Positions 10,256-18,935 of a stretch of 57,618 nt of DNA are shown here, in pieces. Position 1 is the first letter of the stretch. Every line of letters begins with the position of its first letter. Location: sequence record SRR31156797_632, one strand, 5' to 3'. The position numbers and the translations under genes are program-made. Under the pieces are notes generated by a model. The model did not search any database and was not told where the DNA came from. It saw nothing but the letters and a program-made list of their open reading frames with translations.

Positions 10256-12320
10256 AGAGCAAAGTTACGGTTGTAATTCCTTTATCAGATTTCAATGAAA
10301 TTTCAGCATCCATAACTTTAATATATGTTTTACAGATAGCCAACCCTAATCCGGCGCCTCTTTCATCTTTGGTCCCTTTACCTAATGTTACTCCAGGTTC
10401 AAAAATCTCTTTTAGTTTATTCGACGGAATCTCAACACCTTTATTCACTATTTGTAATTGAATTCTATCGTCCAGCCGTTCAGTTCTAATAATTATCTTT
10501 TCATTCTCGTTACTAAATTTTAAAGCATTTGAAATGATGTTTTTAATAACAAACTCTGTCATACTAACATCTTCAAGCAGTTCAATTTCTTGATCAATAT
10601 TCAAATCAATAATCAAATTTTTACGCTTTATGCTTTTCTCAAATTGTATTAAGATATCCTTAATCATTACTTCTAACACAATGATTTCCTGGCTAGCTTT
10701 TAGATCATGAATATTAACATGAGCCCATGTCATTAGGTTATTGAGAAGAAACAAAGTATGATAAACTTCAAATGAAAGATCTTCAACCATGGACTTGCCT
10801 TGATCATTATTGAAATCCTCATTCTCAAGCATATTCATCAATGTATAAACAGACCCCAATGGGCTTCGCAAATCATGGCTAATAATGCTAAACATAGCAT
10901 CTTTAGTGAAATTTAACTCCTCCAGTTTTGACTTTTGGGCTGAAACAGCTTCGTTCAGTTTTTGCAACTCCTGATTCTTTAAATCAATTTGATCCTTTTG
11001 AATCGATAAAAGTTGATTCTGTCTGTTTTTTGATCTGATACCTATATAAAAAAGGACCATTATAAAAAGTAAAATTAAAATCACTCCTCCGGCAACAAAA
11101 AATGAAAACCGCTGGCGTGTTTGCTTTAATCGTAGTGATTTGTTTTCCCGTTCTGATTCAGATAATCTGTATTTGGCCTCTAGGCCTTCAATAATCATTT
11201 TATTTTCAGCCATATTCAGGCTATCGCGCAATCCATTATAAAGCTTAAAATATGTCAATGACTTTTGAAAATCTCCAACTGTGTCATAAAGTAAATGAAG
11301 CTGCTCATAGGTTCGACCAATATCAGCCGGTATTTTATTCTTTTTTGCAATGTCAAGTGCTTTTTTATAATGATACGTAGCATTTGAAACTTGTAAAAGC
11401 TCTGAATAATACAATCCTAGACCAAAGTTTCCAAAAAACTCTGCCTTACTAAAGTTATTATTCTTTCCAATTTCAAGAACCTTTTTAAAATAATCCAAAG
11501 CCTCATCTGTATTTCCCAGTTCAAGGTTTCTTAACCCTAAATTGTGATAGGCAGGAGCAGCGCTTACCTCTCCAAATGCTTCTGTGTACAATCTCGCACT
11601 TTCCTTTAACTTTTTGGTTGAAATTTCATATTCACCTTGCTCAGCGTAAATAATAGATTGATTATTATAAATTTTACCTAAAAGTCCAATATAATTATGC
11701 TCCAGGGCAATATCTTCAGCTTTTTGATAATAAAACAAAGCCTTTTCACCCAAATTATTATTTCTAAATATCTCTCCCACAGACACACACAAGGAAGCTT
11801 GTGCTTCAGGATTTTGCATACGATCCATATACTTTAACAATTCTGTTGCGTATTGCATCGCTTCTTTATACCTACCACTTTCATCATAATAATGTACCCT
11901 GGCAAGATTGTATTTCATTAAAAAACTTGAATCCGGATTAAACGATTTTATATATGTTTCAACTTTATTTAAATATGGGCCAGCCTCTTTAAGATTTCCC
12001 ATTTTCAATAAAATTTTTGCTTTGGACAAATCCAATATTGCCTGTTGTCGATTAGATAGATCATCTATCTCAGCGGCAAAATCATAGTATTTGATGGCTT
12101 TATCAAAAGATTTTGCAATAATTGAAATTTCAATTGCTTTCTGATATGTCTCAAATAATTCCTCAGTATCTAAACTAGTGAAATCCATTGATTCAATAAT
12201 ACGCAGCGCATGCTTAACATCATTGTTTTGATAATAAATATCTAGTGAATCAACTTGGTTATTACCATAGATATTAATTGAAATCAGTAATACTAGGATG
12301 ATTCTTAGGGCACTACGCAT
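10236..12320 (-). CDS. TPR-repeat sensor histidine kinase
   Basis: Signal peptide, TPRs, TM, SHDLRSP H-box, NIISNALKF N-box, GAGLGL G-box; 20-bp convergent overlap with the DMT gene. Confidence 0.92.
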   Translation of the reverse strand: MRSALRIILVLLISINIYGNNQVDSLDIYYQNNDVKHALRIIESMDFTSLDTEELFETYQKAIEISIIAKSFDKAIKYYDFAAEIDDLSNRQQAILDLSKAKILLKMGNLKEAGPYLNKVETYIKSFNPDSSFLMKYNLARVHYYDESGRYKEAMQYATELLKYMDRMQNPEAQASLCVSVGEIFRNNNLGEKALFYYQKAEDIALEHNYIGLLGKIYNNQSIIYAEQGEYEISTKKLKESARLYTEAFGEVSAAPAYHNLGLRNLELGNTDEALDYFKKVLEIGKNNNFSKAEFFGNFGLGLYYSELLQVSNATYHYKKALDIAKKNKIPADIGRTYEQLHLLYDTVGDFQKSLTYFKLYNGLRDSLNMAENKMIIEGLEAKYRLSESERENKSLRLKQTRQRFSFFVAGGVILILLFIMVLFYIGIRSKNRQNQLLSIQKDQIDLKNQELQKLNEAVSAQKSKLEELNFTKDAMFSIISHDLRSPLGSVYTLMNMLENEDFNNDQGKSMVEDLSFEVYHTLFLLNNLMTWAHVNIHDLKASQEIIVLEVMIKDILIQFEKSIKRKNLIIDLNIDQEIELLEDVSMTEFVIKNIISNALKFSNENEKIIIRTERLDDRIQLQIVNKGVEIPSNKLKEIFEPGVTLGKGTKDERGAGLGLAICKTYIKVMDAEISLKSDKGITTVTLLFNSGPY

Positions 12321-12350
12321 AAATATTGATTTAAATAAAACTTGAACCTA

Positions 12351-13724
12351 TTAGTCAGTAAAAATTTGACCTTGAACTATTAATTTATTACCCAAAAACA
12401 AAGATTTACCTTGGATCAATTGATTAACGCTTGATTTATCATGGGTTTGGCCAAAATCCAAAATAAGCGGATATTTTAAAAAGAAATGATGCAAAGCCGG
12501 TGTTCTGGCATCAAATGAACTCATTTTATTTCCTGTAATGAGCTCATTGAGCAATAAAACCAGGGGATCTCTTTTAGAAGCAAAGTAAAGATGATCATTA
12601 TACTGTGTAACAAATAAAGATTTGTCCTTTTCATTTTCCGGGAAAACGATGTTTAATAAACCTTCGGGTATAACTCTGGCTATAGTATAATTCTCTTGTG
12701 GGATTTCATTTCCAATACTCAGATTTTCATAGTCCACAAAAAACCTGCTTCCTGAAGCAAAAGGTGCTGCATCAGGTTTTAATTTAACTACTGCAAATTG
12801 AGAAGATATTCCGTTAAAATCGCAATAAATATTTCTGAACGACCCATCAAACCATGCATCCAAAATGGTGGATACTTTAATTTGATAACGTTCTTCAATT
12901 TCCCATAATTGTTGTTCAATATTTTTCACATGCTTCTCTAGCATACAGTCATTACTTGTAAAATTAGACTGCCATGCTGCAACAGTTGATATAGGAAGAG
13001 ATTCATTAAAGTTTGCTTTACCGGAGCCGTCACAAATAAACTGCACACTATCCAGTAAAAGATTATAAAAAATAACCCCTTGAGCAGAATGATAATCAAC
13101 CTCATACGATTTCGCATTGATATCCAGCACACTAAATACCTGGGATTTGTTTTTTAAATATTTCTGAAGTTTATTCCAGTTTCCTTTAAGCATAGGGCTT
13201 TCAATGCTTGTGATACTCCCTTCATAATGGAAATCAAATCCCGAAATAGCTTCAATTATTTCCCCTTTATTGCATAATGCTATTACATTTTGGCTCTTTG
13301 CCATAAAGAAAGACTCACCATTGGATTTGACTTGGTATAAATTTTTTATTTTTTCAACAGATGATAACGTATCATTATCAATTTCATAATCTTCACTAGT
13401 TAATATCCAATAAACTTTTGATAAATCGTTTTGACGAGTCAAGTGCCATGATGATATAATCGTATTTTCCAGAAATAGTTTTTTAAGCAGAGAAGAGTCC
13501 GATATTTGCTTATTGGGATCAAATTGGGCCAATGAACCATTTACTTCATTTATAATTCGATCTAAATCTTCTAAATTTCCATCGTAATAAGCCACAGCAT
13601 TTTCCTGAAGGAAACTTTTTAATTGTTTCTTTTGAAGTTTTGAGTAATTCACCAGGTAGTATACGCCAGCAGAAATGGCCGCTACAATTATTAGTAAAAG
13701 CAGAATTCTTAGTAAAGCTTTCAT
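12351..13724 (-). CDS. Hypothetical membrane-anchored protein (possibly DUF3352-like)
   Basis: N-terminal TM anchor, 457 aa; family assignment is weak. Confidence 0.6.
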   Translation of the reverse strand: MKALLRILLLLIIVAAISAGVYYLVNYSKLQKKQLKSFLQENAVAYYDGNLEDLDRIINEVNGSLAQFDPNKQISDSSLLKKLFLENTIISSWHLTRQNDLSKVYWILTSEDYEIDNDTLSSVEKIKNLYQVKSNGESFFMAKSQNVIALCNKGEIIEAISGFDFHYEGSITSIESPMLKGNWNKLQKYLKNKSQVFSVLDINAKSYEVDYHSAQGVIFYNLLLDSVQFICDGSGKANFNESLPISTVAAWQSNFTSNDCMLEKHVKNIEQQLWEIEERYQIKVSTILDAWFDGSFRNIYCDFNGISSQFAVVKLKPDAAPFASGSRFFVDYENLSIGNEIPQENYTIARVIPEGLLNIVFPENEKDKSLFVTQYNDHLYFASKRDPLVLLLNELITGNKMSSFDARTPALHHFFLKYPLILDFGQTHDKSSVNQLIQGKSLFLGNKLIVQGQIFTD

Positions 13725-13771
13725 AAAATGCTTTTTTATGACAATTTTAATTTCCTATTCTCACATTCAAT

Positions 13772-13819
13772 CAAAGATAACTTAATTTATGGTTATGAAG
13801 AAAAGCATTACTAAGTTTG
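13772..13819. promoter_or_regulatory. Divergent pair of -7 promoter elements
   Basis: CAAAGATA 13772-13779 (TATCTTTG on -) and TAAGTTTG 13812-13819 on +. Confidence 0.55.
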
Positions 13820-13840
13820 TATTTAATTAACCTGTTTATT

Positions 13841-14431
13841 ATGGAAAAAGTCAACTGGAAACCGGGAACATTAATTTATCCATTACCTGCAGTAATTGTA
13901 AGTTGCGGGCACACCGAAGAACAATTTAATTTAATTACTATAGCATGGACTGGAACTGTGAATTCTAATCCGCCAATGTGTTACATTTCAGTTCGAAAAG
14001 AAAGACACTCCTACGATATTTTAAAAAACACAGGTGATTTTGTCATAAACCTAACCACCGAAAAGATGACCAAAGCCACCGATTGGTGTGGTATAAGATC
14101 AGGTCGCAATTATGATAAATATAAAGAAATGAATCTCACCCCCGGAAAGGCCGAAATTGTTGGAGCTCCTATTATTGTAGAATCTCCGCTAAACATTGAA
14201 TGTAAAATAAAAGATATTATACCGCTAGGATCTCATGATATGTTTTTATCAGAGGTTGTAAATATAAAGGCTTCAGAAGATTTCTTTGATGAAAAAGGTG
14301 CTTTTAGGTTGGACAAAGCAAACCTCATTACCTATAGTCATGGTCAATATTATAGTTTAGGTAAAAAACTGGGAAAATTTGGATTCAGCGTACAGAAAAA
14401 GAAAAAAAGAAAGCACCGCCCGAAAAAATAA
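13841..14431 (+). CDS. Flavin reductase family protein (DIM6/NTAB, flavoredoxin-like)
   Basis: YPLPAVIVSC, TIAWTG, RHSY, FVINL, CGIRSGR, ECK, GSHDMF; ATG 13841 lies downstream of the -7 element. Confidence 0.9.
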   Translation: MEKVNWKPGTLIYPLPAVIVSCGHTEEQFNLITIAWTGTVNSNPPMCYISVRKERHSYDILKNTGDFVINLTTEKMTKATDWCGIRSGRNYDKYKEMNLTPGKAEIVGAPIIVESPLNIECKIKDIIPLGSHDMFLSEVVNIKASEDFFDEKGAFRLDKANLITYSHGQYYSLGKKLGKFGFSVQKKKKRKHRPKK

Positions 14432-14526
14432 ATATATCAAATATTGTAACTTTTTGATCAAAAAATAGTAATGCTAATTTGATGTAGAATTATTTGTTTG
14501 TATCTTTCATAAAAAAATTGAAAACT

Positions 14527-15414
14527 GTGCGAAAAACAAACTTAATTATCCTTGCTTTAATATTGTTAGTTAGCTGCAATACAAGTCAGCAAAATAAAAT
14601 AGACACAAAAAATGGTGAAATTGACTCTGCTTCGATCCATGATCAAAAGCTAGTAGAAAAGATTTTCTACAATGTTCCTGCACCATTAGAAATGGCAAAA
14701 TTAGCCAAAGATGCCGGTATGATTTTTAATCCGGAGTTAACAAACCCCATTGAAAATAAACAATATTATATTGATCAAACTTCACAAGCTCTAAACCTTG
14801 GAGTATATGGAGCAGATTTAAGTTATGCCCGTATATTTGATCAGGTTCAGGAGTCAATAAGTTTCTTGTCGGTTATCAGGGAATTAACAGATCAGCTTCA
14901 GATTCCACAAGATGAAAAAACAATGAACCTGGAGTTAATGGAGAAAAACATTGGAAATCGTGATTCATTAATGCACATAATCACCAAAATGTATGGTGAC
15001 GTTGATATTTATCTGAAAGAGAATAATCGTGGATTAATAGCAGTTATGATCATATCTGGCGGATGGATTGAAGGAAATTACCTTGCCCTTGCAACTATGG
15101 ATAAGGATAACCCTAACAAAAAAGTACTTCAAAGAATTGGCGAGCAAAAATACTCTTTGGAGAGCCTTATCAAACTTATTGAACCTCATGTTAAAACAGA
15201 TCACAAATCAGCTGAAATATTAAATGATCTTAAAGAGCTATACAAACTATACGAAGATGTAACAATCACTACTATAAACCAAGGGGTTGAAACCAATAGC
15301 GATAAAGGAACCACAACATTAAAAGGTGAAACAACCGTTGAAATCGATAATGAAACATTGATGAATATCAGCGATTATATAACCGGATTAAGAAATAAAA
15401 TTACAAAGCCATAA
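14527..15414 (+). CDS. Hypothetical helical lipoprotein
   Basis: GTG start, lipobox LLVSC, motifs QALNLGVYGADLSY and GGWIEG. Confidence 0.75.
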   Translation: MRKTNLIILALILLVSCNTSQQNKIDTKNGEIDSASIHDQKLVEKIFYNVPAPLEMAKLAKDAGMIFNPELTNPIENKQYYIDQTSQALNLGVYGADLSYARIFDQVQESISFLSVIRELTDQLQIPQDEKTMNLELMEKNIGNRDSLMHIITKMYGDVDIYLKENNRGLIAVMIISGGWIEGNYLALATMDKDNPNKKVLQRIGEQKYSLESLIKLIEPHVKTDHKSAEILNDLKELYKLYEDVTITTINQGVETNSDKGTTTLKGETTVEIDNETLMNISDYITGLRNKITKP

Positions 15415-15467
15415 AATTTTTGGTCTTAACAAACGAAAACATTATTATTGTATAAAAATAGAGAACA

Positions 15468-15911
15468 ATGAAAAACGCCTTCATTATATTATTGACCGCT
15501 TTCTTATCGTTCACAATGGTTAGTGAAAGTCAGGCTCAATGCAGAAAGTTTACAAAAAACACATGCGTACCAAAACTTGACCCTTTTATTTTTAATGGTC
15601 AGGTAAATAGTGCATTGCTTAACGAAGGAGATATTGCTGAATTGATGCTTACATTTTATGCTGATCAGGAATACCGCGTTTTAATTTGTGCCGAAGACCA
15701 GCTTGGCAGTGTTGGATTCAGATTAAAAGATACCAACGACAAGGTATTATTTGACAACAGAAACCATGACATGGCAGATTTCTGGGATTTTACCTCAAAC
15801 ACAACTCAGCAAATTATTGTTGAAATGGAGGTCCCCGAATCAGCTACCATGGATGAAAAACTCAAAAATGGATGTGTAGCCATATTAGTTGGTTTCAAGG
15901 AAGCAGAATAG
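15468..15911 (+). CDS. Hypothetical secreted beta-rich protein
   Basis: Signal peptide ending SQA-Q; four Cys in the mature part; co-oriented with the lipoprotein. Confidence 0.75.
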   Translation: MKNAFIILLTAFLSFTMVSESQAQCRKFTKNTCVPKLDPFIFNGQVNSALLNEGDIAELMLTFYADQEYRVLICAEDQLGSVGFRLKDTNDKVLFDNRNHDMADFWDFTSNTTQQIIVEMEVPESATMDEKLKNGCVAILVGFKEAE

Positions 15912-15933
15912 AATCAATAGATTAGAATATTTT

Positions 15934-15968
15934 AGTGCCATTTTTTCTAGAAAATGGCACTTTTTTTT
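15934..15968 (+). terminator. Rho-independent terminator
   Basis: agtgccatttt-ttctag-aaaatggcact followed by a T run. Confidence 0.9.
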
Positions 15969-16034
15969 GGCAGTAAAGAAAATTCATCTTTTCTTTGCAT
16001 GACACTTCAAATAACCAATCTCTGGTGATTGCTT

Positions 16035-16137
16035 ATTTGAGTTATGAAGAAGAGTGGAGAGAACAGGCTCTGTGAAACTCTGGCAACCGGCGAAAGCAAG
16101 GTGCCAATACCTGCCCAAGAGGAATAATAACTTAAAT
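16035..16137 (+). promoter_or_regulatory. SAM-I (S-box) riboswitch aptamer
   Basis: P1 ATTTGAGTTAT/ATAACTTAAAT; P2 GAGT-GGAGAG...CTCT-GTGAA-ACTC with kink-turn; P3 TGGCAACC...GGTGCCA; pseudoknot CAGG (16064-67)/CCTG (16110-13); minimal P4; upstream of met genes. Confidence 0.93.
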
Positions 16138-16146
16138 CGAAAGGCA

Positions 16147-16248
16147 ATGAAAATTAAAAATTTCAATTTACCATCGCAGTTAAAATTACGTTACCAGGCA
16201 TTTACTCTTTGTACATCTTGCTGTAGCTGTATGCGAATGCATAGATAG
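16147..16248 (+). CDS. Putative Cys/Met-rich leader peptide (33 aa, MKIKNFNLPSQLKLRYQAFTLCTSCCSCMRMHR)
   Basis: ATG 9 nt after riboswitch P1; 4 Cys and 2 Met in the last 12 codons; precedes the sulfur amino-acid operon. Confidence 0.6.
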   Translation: MKIKNFNLPSQLKLRYQAFTLCTSCCSCMRMHR

Positions 16249-16266
16249 ATTCTTATCTTAATTCCA

Positions 16267-16294
16267 TCGGGTGCACTAACCCGAAATTCATTTT
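16267..16294 (+). terminator. Candidate attenuator hairpin
   Basis: tcgggt-gcacta-acccga stem 18 nt after the leader stop, followed by an imperfect U-rich tail (aattcatttt). Confidence 0.45.
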
Positions 16295-16321
16295 CACTAA
16301 TTCATTTTTTAAGTATAAACT

Positions 16322-17473
16322 ATGATCAATCTTGTAGTTAATAAGATTGGCGGATCAATTTTAAAATCCCCCAGTCAATTAAATAAAACTGTTTCAATAA
16401 TCTTAGCTAGTCAATCAGTATCAATTTTTGTGGTTTCAGCTCTTTATGGAGTAACGGATCAACTCATCAATGCAACAAAACGAAAGTGCTATAAAAAACA
16501 CTTGCAAAGCATTAAAAACACGCATCTAAAATGGCTTACTGACTCAAGTTCAACAAAAAACTTAAAGGAAGCAATTATTAGCCTGCAGCGAATTTCTAAA
16601 AATCTGGAAACTGATTTGCAGTACTTCAAAACAAACCAAAACCCACACATATATGCACGAATTGTAAGTGCAGGAGAGCGATTAGCTTCAGTTATTATTA
16701 AGTACTATGTTAATTGTAACGCAGAAATATTATTGCCGGAGAAAATAGGGCTGCAAACATCTAATAATGCATTTAAAAGTGAATATTTAACAAATGCATC
16801 ACTTAGTAAAAAACTCACTATCTCCTATAATCAAAAGTACATTATGCCCGGGTTTTATGGCATAAACGAATTTGACCAACATTGCCTCACCGGGAGAGGG
16901 GGATCAGATTATACAGCAGCATTTCTGGCGAAACTATTTTCAGCAGAAAAGCTCATTTTTTGGAAAGACTCAAATGGAATACAAACTGCTAATCCAGAAA
17001 TTGTAACTAATGCTGAAAATGTTGCAGACATTAATCTACATGTGCTAAACCAGATGTCCAAAGCGGGATCGAAAATTTTGCATCCCAAAGTAACATATAC
17101 ACTACATAATTTCAGCGGGCATATATCATTCAGAAATCCAGTATTTGGCGACCAAATTTTAACAAATATTCACACGCAAAAAAGCTCTTCAGGTAAAGCC
17201 ATTATCATTGATGCTCCATCAATGGAGAATAATAAAAAATGCACTATTTCAATCATTACGCGGAATAAAACAGCTGCGCTAATAGCTATTCAACAGCTAA
17301 AAAATATTTTCAGCGGGATACATATTCTTGATATATCAGAACAAATAGTATCATTTGAAACAAGAGAAAAAAATAGAGCACAAGTAATTAGAAATCTGCA
17401 CGACTCATTCCATCTCAAACGTTCGTTTTCATTGCAAAAAGAAACTATCTCGCAAAATCATCTAACCCTTTAA
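16322..17473 (+). CDS. Aspartate kinase (divergent, short C-terminal regulatory region)
   Basis: KIGGS, VVSALYGVTD, SAGERLAS, PGFYG, GRGGSDYTAA, WKD..GI.TANP, GSKILHP. Confidence 0.85.
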   Translation: MINLVVNKIGGSILKSPSQLNKTVSIILASQSVSIFVVSALYGVTDQLINATKRKCYKKHLQSIKNTHLKWLTDSSSTKNLKEAIISLQRISKNLETDLQYFKTNQNPHIYARIVSAGERLASVIIKYYVNCNAEILLPEKIGLQTSNNAFKSEYLTNASLSKKLTISYNQKYIMPGFYGINEFDQHCLTGRGGSDYTAAFLAKLFSAEKLIFWKDSNGIQTANPEIVTNAENVADINLHVLNQMSKAGSKILHPKVTYTLHNFSGHISFRNPVFGDQILTNIHTQKSSSGKAIIIDAPSMENNKKCTISIITRNKTAALIAIQQLKNIFSGIHILDISEQIVSFETREKNRAQVIRNLHDSFHLKRSFSLQKETISQNHLTL

Positions 17474-17599
17474 AAATATGAAACTGAAACAACCCTACAG
17501 AGCAAGAGAGGCCGGATTAATGTGTAACGTCTTTGAAAGACTTCAATACAAATAGCTTTAATAAATAACTAAATTAATATAAACAACAATTTATATAAC

Positions 17600-18862
17600 A
17601 TGAAATTTGAAACTAAACAAATACACGCTGGATTTCGCAATGATGTTCAAACAGGAGCTCGCGCAATCCCACTCTATCAAACAGCAGCATACCAATTTGA
17701 CAGCTCAGAGCATGCGCATAAACTATTCGGGTTAGAAGAGTCCGGTAATATTTATACAAGAATTGGGAACCCAACTACAGCAATTTTCGAAGAGCGCATC
17801 GCAGCTCTTGAAGAAGGAGTTGCCTCATTGGCAGTTTCTTCCGGACATGCAGCGCAATTAATCACTATTGCAACCATTGCAGCTCAGGGAGATAATATAA
17901 TAACATCGCCATTTCTTTATGGAGGAAGCCACAACCAGTTCAAAGTAACCTTTAAACATTTGGGCATTGAAGTTCGATTTGCTAAAGACCTGAAACCTGC
18001 ATCATTTAATCAACTCATTGATGATAAAACCAAAGCCATTTATACAGAATCAATTGGAAACCCATCATTCAGAGTACCTGATTTTCAGGGCTTAGCAAAT
18101 ATTGCCAAAGAAAATGATGTTCCATTGATTGTTGATAATACATTTGGTGCTGGTGGATATTTTTGCCAACCGTTTCAATATGGTGCCAACATTGTTTTAC
18201 ATTCTGCAACCAAATGGATTGGAGGCCATGGAAATAGTATGGGAGGGGTTATTGTGGATAACGGGCAATTTGACTGGAACAATGGCAGGTTTCAATTATT
18301 AAGTACTCCTTCGGAAGGTTACCACGGATTAATTTTCACAAAAGAATTTGGAAACCTGGCATTTATAGCAAGGGCAAGAGCAGAAATGCTTCGTGATTTA
18401 GGTCCTGTGCAAAGTCCATTCAATAGCTTTCTTTTATTACAAGGTCTGGAAACACTCTCTTTAAGGGCAAAAACGCAAGCAAACAATGCTCTTTCATTGG
18501 CAAAATGGTTAGAACTGAATCCAAATATTGAGTCAGTAAACTATCCAGGACTTGGCTCCCACCCAACCCATAGCGAAGCAAACAAATATCTAAAGAATGG
18601 ATATGGTTGTGTATTAAGCTTCAATGTAAAAGGGGATTTTAAGAAAGCTTCTGCAGTGATTGATAATTTCAAACTAGCAGCGCACATGGCTAATGTGGGC
18701 GACAATCGAACATTGGTTATACAACCGGCAGCAACTACTCATCAACAACTAAACACTGCCGAGCAGATCAAAGCAGGTATTTCACCAGCACAAATTAGAG
18801 TGTCAGTTGGTGCTGAACATATAGATGATATTATTGCAGATTTTGAACAGGCATTGCAATAA
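17600..18862 (+). CDS. metY: O-acetylhomoserine aminocarboxypropyltransferase (sulfhydrylase)
   Basis: IYTRIGNPT, VDNTF, PLP lysine HSATKWIGGHG, ANVGD, TTHQQL. Confidence 0.93.
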   Translation: MKFETKQIHAGFRNDVQTGARAIPLYQTAAYQFDSSEHAHKLFGLEESGNIYTRIGNPTTAIFEERIAALEEGVASLAVSSGHAAQLITIATIAAQGDNIITSPFLYGGSHNQFKVTFKHLGIEVRFAKDLKPASFNQLIDDKTKAIYTESIGNPSFRVPDFQGLANIAKENDVPLIVDNTFGAGGYFCQPFQYGANIVLHSATKWIGGHGNSMGGVIVDNGQFDWNNGRFQLLSTPSEGYHGLIFTKEFGNLAFIARARAEMLRDLGPVQSPFNSFLLLQGLETLSLRAKTQANNALSLAKWLELNPNIESVNYPGLGSHPTHSEANKYLKNGYGCVLSFNVKGDFKKASAVIDNFKLAAHMANVGDNRTLVIQPAATTHQQLNTAEQIKAGISPAQIRVSVGAEHIDDIIADFEQALQ

Positions 18863-18886
18863 GTACATTGATTTTTTTAGCAATAA

Positions 18887-18930
18887 TGAGGGAAAGCGGA
18901 ATACTTAAAAAGAGTATTTCGCTCCTCTCA
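18887..18930. other. Intercistronic stem-loop between metY and metX
   Basis: tgaggg..agcggaatactt / gagtatttcgct..ctctca; no U-tract. Confidence 0.6.
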
Positions 18931-18935
18931 AAATC

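Noticed and set aside
16054-16146. N-terminal half of the 64-aa ORF from GTG 16054
   Set aside because: It runs through the structured SAM aptamer; only the part from ATG 16147 is a plausible peptide
15984-16166. 60-aa minus-strand ORF
   Set aside because: Antisense shadow of the riboswitch with no recognisable motif
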